DNA of 43,666 nt from a virus. Taxonomy: Duplodnaviria; Caudoviricetes. Positions within the stretch are counted from its first letter, which is position 1. Each line of letters begins with the position of its first letter. The stretch covers positions 1 to 43,666 of the IMG/VR virus record IMGVR_UViG_3300033485_000036, one strand, 5' to 3'. The notes under the pieces are model-generated. The model did not search any database, had not been told where the DNA came from, and saw only the letters and a list, made by a program, of their open reading frames with translations. A program made the position numbers and the translations under genes. This document shows, in pieces, positions 43,523-43,666 of the stretch.

Positions 43523-43666
43523 TTACTCCGAAACGGTGCCGACCACACCGACAGACTGAATGGCGCCGGCGAGAACTGCGCGGTACTTGATGGGGCGATA
43601 GACGCGGTTGGACTTGTCGGCAGGTACCGCTGCGCTCACCTTCGGGAGCCACACTGACCAACCGGA
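43523..43666 (-). CDS. Tail sheath protein, 3' end (joins 1-1318)
   Basis: ...RPIKYRAVLAGAIQSVGVVGTVSE*; stop at 43523. Confidence 0.85.
   Translation of the reverse strand, partial: SGWSVWLPKVSAAVPADKSNRVYRPIKYRAVLAGAIQSVGVVGTVSE
43540..43666. repeat. Terminal direct repeat copy 2
   Basis: Identical to 1-127. Confidence 0.95.

Overview
The window is a complete circular dsDNA phage genome of about 43.5 kb. Bases 1-127 repeat exactly at 43540-43666 (assembly overlap), so the unit length is 43,539 bp. It encodes a contractile-tail (myovirus-type) virion: DUF3383-like sheath wrapping the origin, DUF3277-like tube, tape measure, baseplate J/hub/spike, DUF2184-like capsid, DUF2213 protease/scaffold, DUF1073-like portal, TerL/TerS and an M15 endolysin. 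It also encodes an ERF/Cas4-like/DnaB-like recombination-replication set and two + strand blocks of small accessory genes that split the head/packaging module. I see no integrase, repressor, DNA polymerase or primase. The most striking signal is regulatory. At least 14 sigma54-type -24/-12 elements (GG-N10-GC) precede accessory/middle genes, and 13 of them end 14-16 nt before an ATG (10 at exactly 14 nt), which implies mostly leaderless mRNAs. Six are preceded by a conserved 18-bp-period tandem enhancer-like site (ACYCAC-N10-TGACYCA) plus a hairpin, yet no AAA+ enhancer-binding protein is recognisable in the genome. Other notable items: a second start-associated hairpin repeat (5 copies), a MuF-zincin toxin with a candidate immunity gene, a pair of ATP-grasp-like paralogues, an L7/L12-CTD protein, an AT-hook/acidic-tail protein and a candidate beta-strand-anchored spanin. 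All family assignments come from motif recognition by eye, not database searches.
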